From Syntrophales bacterium (GTDB lineage Bacteria; Desulfobacterota; Syntrophia; Syntrophales; PHBD01), in the NCBI GenBank assembly GCA_963668175.1, contig OY764159.1:1-64000 (forward strand): a stretch of DNA of 64,000 nucleotides. The letters are read 5' to 3'. Positions 9,662-20,194 of the stretch are shown here, piece after piece. Made by a program: the position numbers and the translations under genes. Position 1 is the stretch's first letter. Each line of letters starts with the position of its first letter. Under the pieces are notes generated by a model. The model saw nothing but the letters and a program-made list of their open reading frames with translations, ran no database searches and was not told the DNA's origin.

Positions 9662-11947
9662 ATGAATGGCAATCAAAAAAGGAAGCTGTCTCTTGCTATC
9701 TTATTGATGATGGCGGCATCCCTGGTCCTTCTGTCGGGCTGCACGAAAGAAGCCAAGATGGAAAGGCATTGGAAGAAGGGGGAAGCTTACTACACTGAGG
9801 GAAAATTTAATGAAGCCATTATCGAGTATCGGAATGTTATCCAGATCGATCCCAAACATGCCCAAGCCTATTATAAACTCGGCCTGTCGTATTTGAGAGT
9901 CAAAATGTTCCGTGAGGCGTTTGTGTCACTGAATAAAAGCCTTGAACTCAACCCCGACAACTCGGATGCCCGCATACAGATCGGCACCCTCTTCCTTCTC
10001 GCCGGCGACAGTCAGAAGGCCCGAGATCAGGCGGACAAGATTTTGCAGAAAGACCCCAATAACGCCCCAGCCCATATTCTAATAGGCAACATCTTCCTGA
10101 GAAACAAGAAACTCGACGAAGCAATTGCTGAAGTCAAGAAGGCTATCGAATTAGATCAGAAAACCGCCGCTTACTTTATCCAATTGGCAAATCTTTACTT
10201 GCTGAAGAAGGATCTCACCCAGGCAGAAGAAACGCTTAAGGCGGCGATAAAGATCGATCCCAAGGCGTTGCAGCCGCATTTTGCACTGGCTAATTTCTAC
10301 TTACGGACAGGCAAAAAGGATCTCGCTGAAAAAGAGTTTCAGGATACGGTTCAACTCGTACCCGATAAGGTCGAGCCTTACCTTAATTTAGGGAACTTCT
10401 ATGCTACCACGGGAAAGCCGGAAGAAGCAGAAAAACAGTTCCTGAAAGGGATCGAAAAAGATCCTGCCAATGTGAACCTGCAGATCGTTCTGGGAAATTT
10501 CTATATCGCCTGGGGCAAGAAAGACAAAGCCGAAGCTGCATTTCAAGAAGCCACCAAGAAAGATTCAAAAAGTATCCCCGCCTTGGCCAGACTTGCCCAA
10601 TTCTATCTTGACGAAGGCAAGTTCGATCAAGGTAAAGCGGAAGTTGAGAAAATTCTCAAAATTAATGAAAAAAGCCTCGAAGGAATACTTCTCAAAGGCC
10701 GGCTTCACCTGGCCAAGGGCGAGTATAACGAAGCTGTCAACCAGTTCCAGGCCTATATCAAAGAAAGCCCGAAATCACCCATGGGTCATTATTTCCTTGC
10801 TATGGCCCATCTGGGAAATCGGGATGAACAACAAGCCAAGGCATCTTTGGCTGAAGCCATCAAGCTGAATCCTAAGCTTGTCGATACGAGACTTCTACTT
10901 GCAGATATATATTTCAGAAGCAGATCCTATGACCAAACCATTGAAGAAGCCCGAACGATACTGAAGGATTATCCGCGCAACATCCGTGCTCTCTTGATAC
11001 TCGGCAATTCCATGCTGATGAAAAATAATTATGCCGAAGCTGTCAAGAGTTATGACGAAATCATAAAAGTGAATCCAAACAATCCTATAGGATATACGCA
11101 AAAAGGCAGGGTTTTCCTGATCCAGAAAAAAGACAAGGATGCCATAGCTTCCCTGGAAAAGGCATTGACGCTGCAGCCTGACTATGTCGAACCCATGTCA
11201 TTGATCGTCAGATATTATCTCAGTAAGAAAGATAACAGGAAAGCGCTGGACCGGGTCGAACAGCAGATCAAGGCATCGCCTACAAATCCGTTTTTTTACA
11301 ACATGGCGGCAGATCTCTATGCGATGAATAATGAAAACGCCAAAGCTGAGAGTTATTACAGCAAGGCGATTCAACTCAACGACAAGGTTCCCGCATTCCA
11401 TATCTCGCTGGCTACGTTCTATGTCCGTCAAAAACTCAACGATAAGGCCAAAGCTGAATTCAATGCAGTTCTCCAGAAAACGCCAAACTCACTTTCTGCT
11501 CTTATGGGTCTGGGAATGATCGCCGAATCGGAGAAGAAATCTGATGAAGCCAAAGAGTACTATCGCAAAATTCTGAAGATAAATCCAAATTACCCTCCCG
11601 CCATGAACAATCTGGCCTACCTTCTGTCAGAGACCGGCGGAAATATTGATGAAGCGCTTAATCTCGCACAAAAGGGAAAGGAAATGAATCCGGATGATCC
11701 TCTCGTCACCGATACATTGGGATGGATCTACTACAAGAAGAATATTTACAATACGGCAGTCAACTACCTCAAGGAAGCAAGCGACAAAGCGCCGGAAAGT
11801 TCAGTCATTCAATACCATCTGGGTATGGCCCACTATAAAAACGGGTCACGTGAACTTGCCAAGAAGGCCTTGGCCAAGGCCCTGGCGATCAATCCCAATT
11901 TCCCCAATTCTGCCGATGCCAAGGCAACATTGCAGGAATTGCGTTAA
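9662..11947 (+). CDS. prsT: PEP-CTERM system TPR-repeat lipoprotein
   Basis: Lipobox LSGC, long TPR array, NNLAYL and DTLGWIYY motifs near the C-terminus. Confidence 0.8.
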   Translation: MNGNQKRKLSLAILLMMAASLVLLSGCTKEAKMERHWKKGEAYYTEGKFNEAIIEYRNVIQIDPKHAQAYYKLGLSYLRVKMFREAFVSLNKSLELNPDNSDARIQIGTLFLLAGDSQKARDQADKILQKDPNNAPAHILIGNIFLRNKKLDEAIAEVKKAIELDQKTAAYFIQLANLYLLKKDLTQAEETLKAAIKIDPKALQPHFALANFYLRTGKKDLAEKEFQDTVQLVPDKVEPYLNLGNFYATTGKPEEAEKQFLKGIEKDPANVNLQIVLGNFYIAWGKKDKAEAAFQEATKKDSKSIPALARLAQFYLDEGKFDQGKAEVEKILKINEKSLEGILLKGRLHLAKGEYNEAVNQFQAYIKESPKSPMGHYFLAMAHLGNRDEQQAKASLAEAIKLNPKLVDTRLLLADIYFRSRSYDQTIEEARTILKDYPRNIRALLILGNSMLMKNNYAEAVKSYDEIIKVNPNNPIGYTQKGRVFLIQKKDKDAIASLEKALTLQPDYVEPMSLIVRYYLSKKDNRKALDRVEQQIKASPTNPFFYNMAADLYAMNNENAKAESYYSKAIQLNDKVPAFHISLATFYVRQKLNDKAKAEFNAVLQKTPNSLSALMGLGMIAESEKKSDEAKEYYRKILKINPNYPPAMNNLAYLLSETGGNIDEALNLAQKGKEMNPDDPLVTDTLGWIYYKKNIYNTAVNYLKEASDKAPESSVIQYHLGMAHYKNGSRELAKKALAKALAINPNFPNSADAKATLQELR

Positions 11948-12087
11948 AGACGATATCTACGATATATTGATTTTTTAGTTGTAATATCAGATGAATTGGG
12001 GTAGATGACAAAAATCTGAAGCAAATCGGAAAGGGTGAAGATATCATCCGGCAAGTGAATATGTTTTACCATTGAAGGAGTCTGCAT

Positions 12088-12705
12088 ATGAAAACCAATC
12101 GGCTATGTCTTATCGGGACAGCTTTTTTGTTTTTAATGTCATTTGCTGTGTTGAGTCATGCCCAATCACCCAAAAATCCTCCGGTGAAACCGGCCGATCC
12201 TGCCCCGGCCAAGGCGGCAGATATTGGCCCTCAATACATCATAGGACCGGAAGATGTCTTATACATCTCCGTTTGGAAGGAAGACCAAATTTCCAGATCG
12301 GTTCCCGTGAGAACAGACGGAATGATCTCCTTGCCTCTGGTCGATGACGTTCAGGCTGCCGGCTTGACTCCAATGCAACTGAAGGAAATTCTCTCGGACA
12401 AATTTAAGAAATTCATCGACAACCCGTCTGTTTCCGTTATCGTTTCGGAAGCGAACAGCTTTAAAGTCTATCTATCCGGAGAAGTGAAAAATCCCGGCGT
12501 ACACAGGTTTCGGAGCGATGTTACGCTGGTCCGGTTGATAACCCAAGCAGGCGGATTCACTGAATGGGCCAATCAAAAAAAGATTCTGATTCTGCGGAAA
12601 GAAAAAGGAGCGGATAAGCGTATAACCGTCAACTATAAAAAAATCATTGATGGTGATGAGCCCGACGTCACGATTTTATCGGGAGATACGGTGGTCGTCC
12701 CATGA
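12088..12705 (+). CDS. Polysaccharide biosynthesis/export protein (short Wza/OPX family)
   Basis: YIIGPEDVL.ISVW, VPVRTDGMISLPLV, SLBB segment AGGFTEWAN, GDTVVVP. Confidence 0.9.
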   Translation: MKTNRLCLIGTAFLFLMSFAVLSHAQSPKNPPVKPADPAPAKAADIGPQYIIGPEDVLYISVWKEDQISRSVPVRTDGMISLPLVDDVQAAGLTPMQLKEILSDKFKKFIDNPSVSVIVSEANSFKVYLSGEVKNPGVHRFRSDVTLVRLITQAGGFTEWANQKKILILRKEKGADKRITVNYKKIIDGDEPDVTILSGDTVVVP

Positions 12706-14012
12706 AGAAACGGTGGCAGGAATCTACATTGTTATTCGCAGCAGTCTGCGCAATAATAACATTTTTTATCCCGGTCATGGCATCCGGCGCTGAGGGCGAT
12801 TTGTTGTCCAAATTTCACCCCTATATATCCGCCCAAGAAACGTACAATGATAATATCAATTTGACGAAGGATAACAAAAAAGACGATTTCATCACAACAG
12901 TCTCTCCCGGACTTAGATTTTCCACGATGGATAAACCTACTGACCCCACAGGCATCGAACTCGACTATCGCCTGGGCGCGGTTTTTTACAACCGTTACAC
13001 CGACCTGAATTATATCAGCCATAACGGAAACCTTTTAGCCAAGTATACCACAAAGGGGCACTGGAGTTTTTCCGTTCGCGATTCCTTCACACGTTCCGAT
13101 GAGCCGCGGGAAAGACAGGCTTTCACAACGGCCTCGGATAGCCAGTATGTCCTGGCGACAACACATAATCGCAACGTCTACTGGCGAAATGTCGTCAACC
13201 CCAACATAGAGTTCAAGTTTGGCCGGGAAGATAAAATCGGCATCGACTTTACCGATAATATTTATAGAAGCTCGTCGCCTGGCGTCGAAAACAGCCGGGA
13301 AGACGCTGTCAATCCCTACGTGGAATTCTGGCTCAATCAGAACAACGGCATTCGCCTGGAGTATGGTTTCACGAAAGGCGATTTCGAAACCTCATCCGAT
13401 TTTATCGGCCATCGCGGGAAATTTCGCTATACGTACCGTTTCAATCCGAGAACATCGACTTATCTCGAATATGATTTCTCGCGGAAGAAATTCGAGCAAC
13501 AAACATCAACGACAGGGGATTACGACATTCATGAAGGATATTTAGGTGTGACACACTCGTTCACCCCGTCCTTCAGCGTAGACGCCCAGGCAGGGTATTT
13601 CCAGCAGAAGCCGGAGGCGGGAGACAAGAACGAAGGTTTCTCGTATAAAGGAGGTTTAACCTATACGGAAAAAGTGACAACGTTCAAGTTGAATATCCAG
13701 GGAGGCTATACGGAAGATTATTTCACGTCTCAAAATCTCGGTTTCAATAAATACCATCGCTTGACGGGATCCATCAACCACAGTCTGACTCCGCGTTTTT
13801 CGATAGGCGCTTACGGAAACCTGGAACGCGCCGAATATGTATCTCAAAATCATAAAGACTGGATATGGGGCGCCGGAGGAACGGCTTCTTATGCGATATT
13901 CAAATGGCTCTCGGCAGGCCTCGATTATAGTCATCGCCAGAGCAGTTCAGACATAAACACTTACGATTACATGGAAAACCGTGTAACGCTGTCCCTTACG
14001 GCTTCTTATTAA
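12702..14012 (+). CDS. Outer-membrane beta-barrel protein of EPS export
   Basis: Signal peptide, ETYNDNI..DDFITTVSPG, amphipathic strands, C-terminal ENRVTLSLTASY beta-signal; overlaps the export gene. Confidence 0.85.
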   Translation: MKKRWQESTLLFAAVCAIITFFIPVMASGAEGDLLSKFHPYISAQETYNDNINLTKDNKKDDFITTVSPGLRFSTMDKPTDPTGIELDYRLGAVFYNRYTDLNYISHNGNLLAKYTTKGHWSFSVRDSFTRSDEPRERQAFTTASDSQYVLATTHNRNVYWRNVVNPNIEFKFGREDKIGIDFTDNIYRSSSPGVENSREDAVNPYVEFWLNQNNGIRLEYGFTKGDFETSSDFIGHRGKFRYTYRFNPRTSTYLEYDFSRKKFEQQTSTTGDYDIHEGYLGVTHSFTPSFSVDAQAGYFQQKPEAGDKNEGFSYKGGLTYTEKVTTFKLNIQGGYTEDYFTSQNLGFNKYHRLTGSINHSLTPRFSIGAYGNLERAEYVSQNHKDWIWGAGGTASYAIFKWLSAGLDYSHRQSSSDINTYDYMENRVTLSLTASY

Positions 14013-14187
14013 TGCTATTTCTAATGGAAGGCGTTCGAAATCGCCTTTCATTGGAAAATCGCAATCCCGGGGACTCTGTATAACTCTATAAACGATCATA
14101 TCTTCGGTAAAGCAAAGCGGGGGAAGAGAAACGATCAAAATCTTTAACCGTCTTGATTCATTCCGTGGAAAGATAGAAAGAAGTCGG

Positions 14188-14226
14188 GAGGAGCGGATTC
14201 AGACAAAGTATCCGCTCCTCTTTTTT
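14188..14226 (+). terminator. Intrinsic terminator ending the EPS operon
   Basis: GAGGAGCGGAT...ATCCGCTCCTC followed by TTTTTT. Confidence 0.8.
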
Positions 14227-14317
14227 CTGAGATTAGATGCGAACGTCTAGGGTTGAGGTCTGTAAAGGCATCAATCGATTATTGTATATTTTATCGACCA
14301 ACAGTTTTATCTGACCG

Positions 14318-14668
14318 TTAATACTCGCAGGTTTCAATAGAGCCTTCTTTGCAGTAACGGCCGTTTGTCCAGCGGGCGCCCGAGAAATTCGCTCCCTGAA
14401 GATTTGCACCGGTCAGGTTGACTTCCCGGAGATTCGCCTTGCTCAGATCGGCGTTCGTGAGATTGGCCTCCGTCAGATTCGACCCTGCGAGGTTGGCGCC
14501 GATGAGCTTAACCCCGCTGAGATTGGCGCGAACCAGATTGCAGGTCACACATTCGTTGGTCCTCTTTAATCGAGAAAGGTCTGCGGAACTAAAAGCCTGA
14601 CCATCGCTGACGGCACACCATGTCAAACCTATGAAACCCGATAATATCCATCCGACCTTGGCCTTCAT
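14318..14668 (-). CDS. Small secreted pentapeptide-repeat protein
   Basis: ANL/ADL pentapeptide repeats; signal peptide from MKAKVG; AGGAGG RBS supports the 14668 start. Confidence 0.85.
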   Translation of the reverse strand: MKAKVGWILSGFIGLTWCAVSDGQAFSSADLSRLKRTNECVTCNLVRANLSGVKLIGANLAGSNLTEANLTNADLSKANLREVNLTGANLQGANFSGARWTNGRYCKEGSIETCEY

Positions 14669-14832
14669 AACATTTCCTCCTATAATACCCCAATCATCCA
14701 TCATACAACCGGATGCGTTTTCCTCTTTATAATTGCGATCATTCGCCACTCGATGGAGCTGTCACCTGATCGCATCTGTTTTCCAAGGCCGGACTTCAGC
14801 CTTTACCTTCCGTCTTCTCCGCATGTCCAAAT

Positions 14833-17800
14833 CTACTTCACGCGCGAATCCCTCCAGTAGAGGATGTTGGTTCTGCTGGACGTACTTGGGACCGTGGTTG
14901 ATCCGATAACCCCGCCAATTTCGTAAATTAAACTCGCCACACCGGTTGCGCTTTGTGAAATAATGACGCCCGATGCCATCCCGGTACCTATGTACTTGCT
15001 CCTGGCCGTGCCCCCGGATGTTCCCGTTGGAATCATGCCGGCGCCCGTGAGGTAGTTGATGCCCCACAGATTGGATGTGCCGGCCTGCGAACAGGGATCG
15101 CCGCTCTGGTCCGGCAAGTAGGTCGTGAAGTAGATAACGCCCCCGTACACGGTCGGGTCGTAAAGCACTTTTTCACCGCCCGTCGCCAGGTTCAAATACC
15201 AGCCGTGCTTTGCCGAGGTGTCCGTGTATGTGGTCGTGTCGATATTCTCCAGATTGGAATCGCTCCATGTGGACGTGAAATCCGTGTCCTTTACCGCGAA
15301 GAACTTGTTCCTGACCGTCGTGTCGACCGGATCGACCTTGTCGCCGGTACCCCAATAGATCCAAAGGTTCCCGCTTGGGTCCTTGGTCGCCGTGGGGGCC
15401 GTATAGATGGTGAGGGCACTGCCCGAAGTCCTCTGGTACAATCTGCTCCCACGCCAGTTCGTTGTGTTGCAAGTTGCCGGGTCACCCGACGCACAGAAGC
15501 GGAAACGCCAAATATTTCCCCCTATATCGCCAATGTAGGCCGTATCGGCAAATCCGTCTCCATCGGCGTCGATGATGAGGGGGTTCGCCGGCACGCTGTA
15601 TTGCATATCGGCGCTTCCGGTATATCCCGCCCCACCGTTCGTGAAACTCCAAACCGTGCTGCCGTTTTTAAGATCGATTACAAGAAACCCCTTCCCTCTT
15701 TTTTCGCAGGACGTGCTCGTACACGGGCTCGGATTATAACCGGCACCGATAAAACCGACCCAGCGCTCCTCGCCGGCGATAATCACCCTGCTGACCATGA
15801 ACCTGCTCCAGGGTTCGCCCAGATACGGGGCCTCCGTATACGTCGGTATCAGATGCCATGCGTAGGTGGGTGGTGATGGCGTGTTGGTCACGTCAAGGGC
15901 ATGGTAGCCGCAGAAATTTTCGTAACCGGTTGCATACGTGGATTTAAAATCCGAAGTGCAACTGGCAGACGAACTCCAGGCTAAATTGGCCATGCCACGC
16001 CCTTCGCCGATGATGGCCAAGGTCCGCCAGTTGGACTCTTTTTTCGCTGTATCGCTGTCATTTTCGCCACTAATGCCTTTTATCCATACATCCGCCACGG
16101 TCGTGAACCCGTCGACGAAGTAGAGGTGGCTAAGCCCAGTCGGATGCGAATTATGGGCGATATTGATGAGTTTCGGCAGGAAATTCGGCGGAATGAAACT
16201 CCAGGCCTCAGACCCGTCGACGGTTTTGAAGGCATGCAGCTGGCCGTCGTTGGCGCCGATTAACATCAGACGCTTATTGCCATCACTCGATGTCGCCCTT
16301 ATATGGTGCTTGGCAAAATTTTCGTAGGCAGTCGTACTACTGGTGTCCCTGGTATCGTTAAAATATTTAGACGGCGTCGGGATGGAAACGGGGTTGGAGC
16401 GGAAGATGTCGCCCAGTTTCCATGATTCGATATTATAGGCCGACTCCCCGCGGATGAAACCGATGACCATGTTATAGGTCGCCAAGGCGTTGGATGCCGA
16501 GTCGTCGATATTGAGATCATCGTACGTTATCGCCCCTGTTGTAGCTATTGTCGGGTCCGTCTCCCTGATGAATGACGTCAGCGCTAAGTTGGTGGCCCCT
16601 TTGTACGTATAGATGCTCCTGCTGTCCGCCGTCTTGGACTTCAGCACGTTGCCGGCCTCCCAAAGCACGCTGCCTACAGTTCCGTCGTCGGAAATCTGAT
16701 ATTGTTTGAGGTAGCCCGGCCAGAAAGGCTCGCTGTTGACGGGTTGAAAGCTTGTGGCATAGAGATAATTTTCATCAGCCGTCCGGGAGGCGGCGACCGA
16801 TACATTGGCAGAGAAAGAATATGTCGCTTCCTTGATCAGAGAAAAAGAGTATTTCAGGGATTGGGTCAGCTCCGAAGCATTATTCGCGAAAAAGGCATAA
16901 CCTGTCAGGTTCATTGTGCCGGGGTCGTTGCCCGCCGAATCGGCGCTGCAGGGATCCATAGCGGTGTTGAAAGACGTGGCCGGAAGGGCGGAATTGGCCA
17001 CCATAGGGTTGTCCGTGCCGCCGTAATAGGCCATCCAGTTCAAGACGTTTTGCAGATAAGTCTGCATGGACCCGAAGCCGACGACAAAGGTGCTGTAGCC
17101 TGCATCGTTAAGCATCTTCGCCTGGAGGACCGCCTTCCGGTGACGCTGCACATCGGTCGCCGAGGTAGACCCGCACTTCCAGACCGTGTCTTCTCCGTCG
17201 GTAATAATAATGGCGAACTTCTTCCGGCAGGTCCGGCTGCTATCGGACGCCTTGTGGGCGTCGAGATACTGTTTTATCTCGCTCATGGCCGTGATGAGGG
17301 GCGTATTGCCGCTGGCCGAGATGTTGGCCACGCACGCGGCGTTGGTAACGGGCAGGCCGCTGCCGCAGGAAGTAACGGCCGTTGTGCAGGCGGCGGTGTT
17401 ATTTCCGCAATAGATGGAGCTGTAGGGCGTTATCGCACCCGAAGACGTCGTTATCCCCTGGATGAGTACGTTATTGCCGGAGGAATAGTCGACACTCGTC
17501 TCATCATACGAAGCCCCCCAGTAGCGCATGAAGCCGATCCGGACGCCAAGACTGGTCATGTCCAGGCTGTTGATGATGCCGTTGTTGTCGTCGTCGAGGA
17601 GATCGAATACGGCCCTTTTGGCGATCTGGATCTTGGTGCAATTGTACGTATGCGTCCCGGACGACGTCTTGTAGTAAGGTTCCGTACAGGCGTCGGTACT
17701 GTACACCGGGAATGTTCCGTAATGGGTGCTGTCGGCGGCGCCTGAACTGCAGCCCTTGTTGTGGGCCGTTGTGGAGGTAATGTAAAACGGTCCGTCGGAT

Positions 17801-18009
17801 GACCCGCAGTTCGTTCCCGTGGGAACATACAGCTTGGTGCCCGACGAAGCTCCGTTGGGAAGCTCTCCCATACTTCCTGACAGATCGAGCAGGATGAGGG
17901 CATCGGGCTGCACGGTCGAGAACAGCTCCGTTTCATCCGCCCATGCGCCTGTTGATATCACAACCAGGCAAAGGGTGAGAAAAAACCAGGGATATTTCTT
18001 CTTAGACAT
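14833..18009 (-). CDS. pilY1: Type IV pilus tip adhesin PilY1 (vWA plus beta-propeller)
   Basis: Signal peptide MSKKKY..AWA after GGAGG RBS; MIDAS LLDLSGSM, TPL, IITDG; GANDGQLHAF; DADGDGFADTAYIGDIGGNIWR. Confidence 0.92.
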   Translation of the reverse strand: MSKKKYPWFFLTLCLVVISTGAWADETELFSTVQPDALILLDLSGSMGELPNGASSGTKLYVPTGTNCGSSDGPFYITSTTAHNKGCSSGAADSTHYGTFPVYSTDACTEPYYKTSSGTHTYNCTKIQIAKRAVFDLLDDDNNGIINSLDMTSLGVRIGFMRYWGASYDETSVDYSSGNNVLIQGITTSSGAITPYSSIYCGNNTAACTTAVTSCGSGLPVTNAACVANISASGNTPLITAMSEIKQYLDAHKASDSSRTCRKKFAIIITDGEDTVWKCGSTSATDVQRHRKAVLQAKMLNDAGYSTFVVGFGSMQTYLQNVLNWMAYYGGTDNPMVANSALPATSFNTAMDPCSADSAGNDPGTMNLTGYAFFANNASELTQSLKYSFSLIKEATYSFSANVSVAASRTADENYLYATSFQPVNSEPFWPGYLKQYQISDDGTVGSVLWEAGNVLKSKTADSRSIYTYKGATNLALTSFIRETDPTIATTGAITYDDLNIDDSASNALATYNMVIGFIRGESAYNIESWKLGDIFRSNPVSIPTPSKYFNDTRDTSSTTAYENFAKHHIRATSSDGNKRLMLIGANDGQLHAFKTVDGSEAWSFIPPNFLPKLINIAHNSHPTGLSHLYFVDGFTTVADVWIKGISGENDSDTAKKESNWRTLAIIGEGRGMANLAWSSSASCTSDFKSTYATGYENFCGYHALDVTNTPSPPTYAWHLIPTYTEAPYLGEPWSRFMVSRVIIAGEERWVGFIGAGYNPSPCTSTSCEKRGKGFLVIDLKNGSTVWSFTNGGAGYTGSADMQYSVPANPLIIDADGDGFADTAYIGDIGGNIWRFRFCASGDPATCNTTNWRGSRLYQRTSGSALTIYTAPTATKDPSGNLWIYWGTGDKVDPVDTTVRNKFFAVKDTDFTSTWSDSNLENIDTTTYTDTSAKHGWYLNLATGGEKVLYDPTVYGGVIYFTTYLPDQSGDPCSQAGTSNLWGINYLTGAGMIPTGTSGGTARSKYIGTGMASGVIISQSATGVASLIYEIGGVIGSTTVPSTSSRTNILYWRDSRVK

Positions 18010-18059
18010 ACATCTTTCCTCCATAGGGTGATCACAAAAAACTTCCCATGATGACATAT

Positions 18060-18524
18060 TTATTGGGCCATGGTCCCTAAGGGAACGGGACCGAAGCCTA
18101 TACCCACGTTGACCGTCGTCGTCGAATTGCAGGTCGTATTCGTGCCTGTAACCTGAGATTGATAGCGATTCATCCCCCATCCTTGCCCTGCGCTGATGGC
18201 GTAACCGGCCAGGTAGAGCGGGGGAAGCTTCATGAGCGTCGGGGCGACGATCGTATAGCGCTGCGTGGAATCGCTGGGGTCCGCCTGGATATTGGAGACC
18301 GCGGACGCGGCGAGATTGTCCGGATTGAAGCTTATCATTAATTGCTGGATTCCCGTTTCCGTTGCGCTCAGGGCCCTCTTGTCGCAGACGACCCGCACGC
18401 TGGACCGTAAATCTCCCGTGGTTAAGGAAATGACCAGCATCCCTACGGCAAGGAGGATCAGCGAAGCCAGAATGGCTGCAATAAGGGCAAAACCTTTTTC
18501 GGAACGTAAAATCGAATGTTTCAT
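18060..18524 (-). CDS. pilX: Minor pilin PilX-like
   Basis: Prepilin site KG|FALIAA lacking Glu5; directly before pilY1. Confidence 0.8.
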   Translation of the reverse strand: MKHSILRSEKGFALIAAILASLILLAVGMLVISLTTGDLRSSVRVVCDKRALSATETGIQQLMISFNPDNLAASAVSNIQADPSDSTQRYTIVAPTLMKLPPLYLAGYAISAGQGWGMNRYQSQVTGTNTTCNSTTTVNVGIGFGPVPLGTMAQ

Positions 18525-18540
18525 GAATCCTTCCTGTTTT

Positions 18541-19308
18541 CTAGTGAGGATCGGGCAAATGGTTTCTTGGAATGACGCTGGTCGAATAGGTCATGCGCCT
18601 CCTGGCACCGGTGTTCGGATCGACATTTTCCGTCTCCACAACCAGCGTGATCTCGATCCTGCGAATATCCGGTATCGAAGCGGGCAACTGTGCGGGCGTG
18701 ATTTCGACGCCCTGGCCGTTGAAATAGCGGAAGACCGGGATATCCACGCCTTGATCATAGACGCCGTTGTTGTTAATATCGTTGATGACCCGAACCGTCC
18801 GGGGGTTGCCGCTGGCCGTCGAATCTCCAAGAAAGGCCTGCTCTGCCCCGCAGTTGGAGGTCCTTGTAATGTAAAGTTCTGTGGGGCCGGGAACATAACG
18901 ATAACGGATGATTTCGTCGGCATCCGTCATACAGACAGGGTTGCTGTTGGCCGTGCAGTTATCGTTGATATCCATCTCCACGGTAATGGAAAAAGGCGTC
19001 GCTTCCTGGATTCCCTTCCACAGCTGATTTGCCGCAGCGCCGTTGCATGTTGCGGCGTTCACCCAGTTTCCCGTCGAATAGTACATGTTGTAGGAAGCCA
19101 TGCGGATCTCCATGGCCATGAGTTCGATGGCGCTTCTTTCATCCTGCTGGGCCACAACCTTTCGCTCGATTCCTGTCGACGATCGCTGGGCGTGGTTGAT
19201 AACCCCATAAATGGCCATCATCATGAATATCCCTATACCGAGGGCAACGAGCAATTCGATTAGGGTAAAACCATTCCTGTTTGCGATGGGACACTTTGTC
19301 TGATTCAT
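18541..19308 (-). CDS. pilW: Minor pilin PilW-like
   Basis: NG|FTLIELL; EIRMASY; C-terminal VIPRN; start overlaps the pilV stop (ATGA). Confidence 0.85.
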   Translation of the reverse strand: MNQTKCPIANRNGFTLIELLVALGIGIFMMMAIYGVINHAQRSSTGIERKVVAQQDERSAIELMAMEIRMASYNMYYSTGNWVNAATCNGAAANQLWKGIQEATPFSITVEMDINDNCTANSNPVCMTDADEIIRYRYVPGPTELYITRTSNCGAEQAFLGDSTASGNPRTVRVINDINNNGVYDQGVDIPVFRYFNGQGVEITPAQLPASIPDIRRIEITLVVETENVDPNTGARRRMTYSTSVIPRNHLPDPH

Positions 19309-19745
19309 ACGCTTGGGCACCCCGCTGGAAATCGAAAACGCTCCTGCCTGATCACGACGATACCGCTGTTTATACCGACAGCATTGCCCGGCCAGGTTAC
19401 GGTGATGTTGACCCGCCAAGTATTCGTGCCGATATTCTGAATATTGGTCTGAATGTTAAAAGAAATATCGCCCGGTGCCGCAGCTGCCTGATTGCTGGCA
19501 AATACCGTAGCATTCGTGATTCCCGCATTGACGGCGACACAGGGATTCATAATATTTTGCTCTGCCGTTTCGAGTCGGCTGTGAAGGATCTCGGCAGCAC
19601 GTCCCCTGAAATCCGCACTGGCCGCCGTTCTCCAGGCTGTGGGCTGCATAGACATGATCGCCATAAGCCCAACCGCGGTCAGAAAAATGGCGATAAGCAC
19701 TTCGACCAGGCTTATTCCCCGTTTATTGCATATCGAATGTAACAT
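19305..19745 (-). CDS. pilV: Minor pilin PilV-like
   Basis: RG|ISLVEVLIAI; VNITVTW. Confidence 0.85.
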   Translation of the reverse strand: MLHSICNKRGISLVEVLIAIFLTAVGLMAIMSMQPTAWRTAASADFRGRAAEILHSRLETAEQNIMNPCVAVNAGITNATVFASNQAAAAPGDISFNIQTNIQNIGTNTWRVNITVTWPGNAVGINSGIVVIRQERFRFPAGCPSV

Positions 19746-20193
19746 AAGTCCGCCCCGTTGCGCTGAAGGTTATAGTGGCCGTTGAACTCCGGCTTGGGCT
19801 GTTCTTCAGGACGATGCTGCCCGTATTCGGAACCAAAAGACCCCTGTCCGAGAAGACTATTTCGGAAACTCCGCCAAGATTGACGGAGTCAAGGTGAATA
19901 TCCTGTCCAAATGATGACGGCGATTTCGTTTCAGTGGGAGCTACGCCCGTTCTCGTTTTGGTGTAGCTGTTACCACCGACGTTGAATGTGATCTTGTGGG
20001 TTACCGATTGATTGGTGATCTTGCTCTCCTTCATCTGCTTGATATCGGCTTCAATCTCCCTGGCCGCAGCCCGGAAATTTGTGTTTTGCACATATCGGTT
20101 CCATGAACCGGCTCCGATGGCCGCGACTATCGCGAGCAAAAAGACGACGATCAGGAGTTCGACTAACGTGAAACCGGAATTTCTGGTTCTCAT
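19723..20193 (-). CDS. fimT: Minor pilin FimT/FimU (GspH-like)
   Basis: SG|FTLVELLIV; IVFSDRG; TITFSATGR. Confidence 0.8.
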   Translation of the reverse strand: MRTRNSGFTLVELLIVVFLLAIVAAIGAGSWNRYVQNTNFRAAAREIEADIKQMKESKITNQSVTHKITFNVGGNSYTKTRTGVAPTETKSPSSFGQDIHLDSVNLGGVSEIVFSDRGLLVPNTGSIVLKNSPSRSSTATITFSATGRTYVTFDMQ

Positions 20194-20194
20194 A

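Noticed and set aside
14535..14555. CVTC motif as a possible c-type heme site
   Set aside because: Followed by Asn, not His; more consistent with a disulfide cap of a pentapeptide protein
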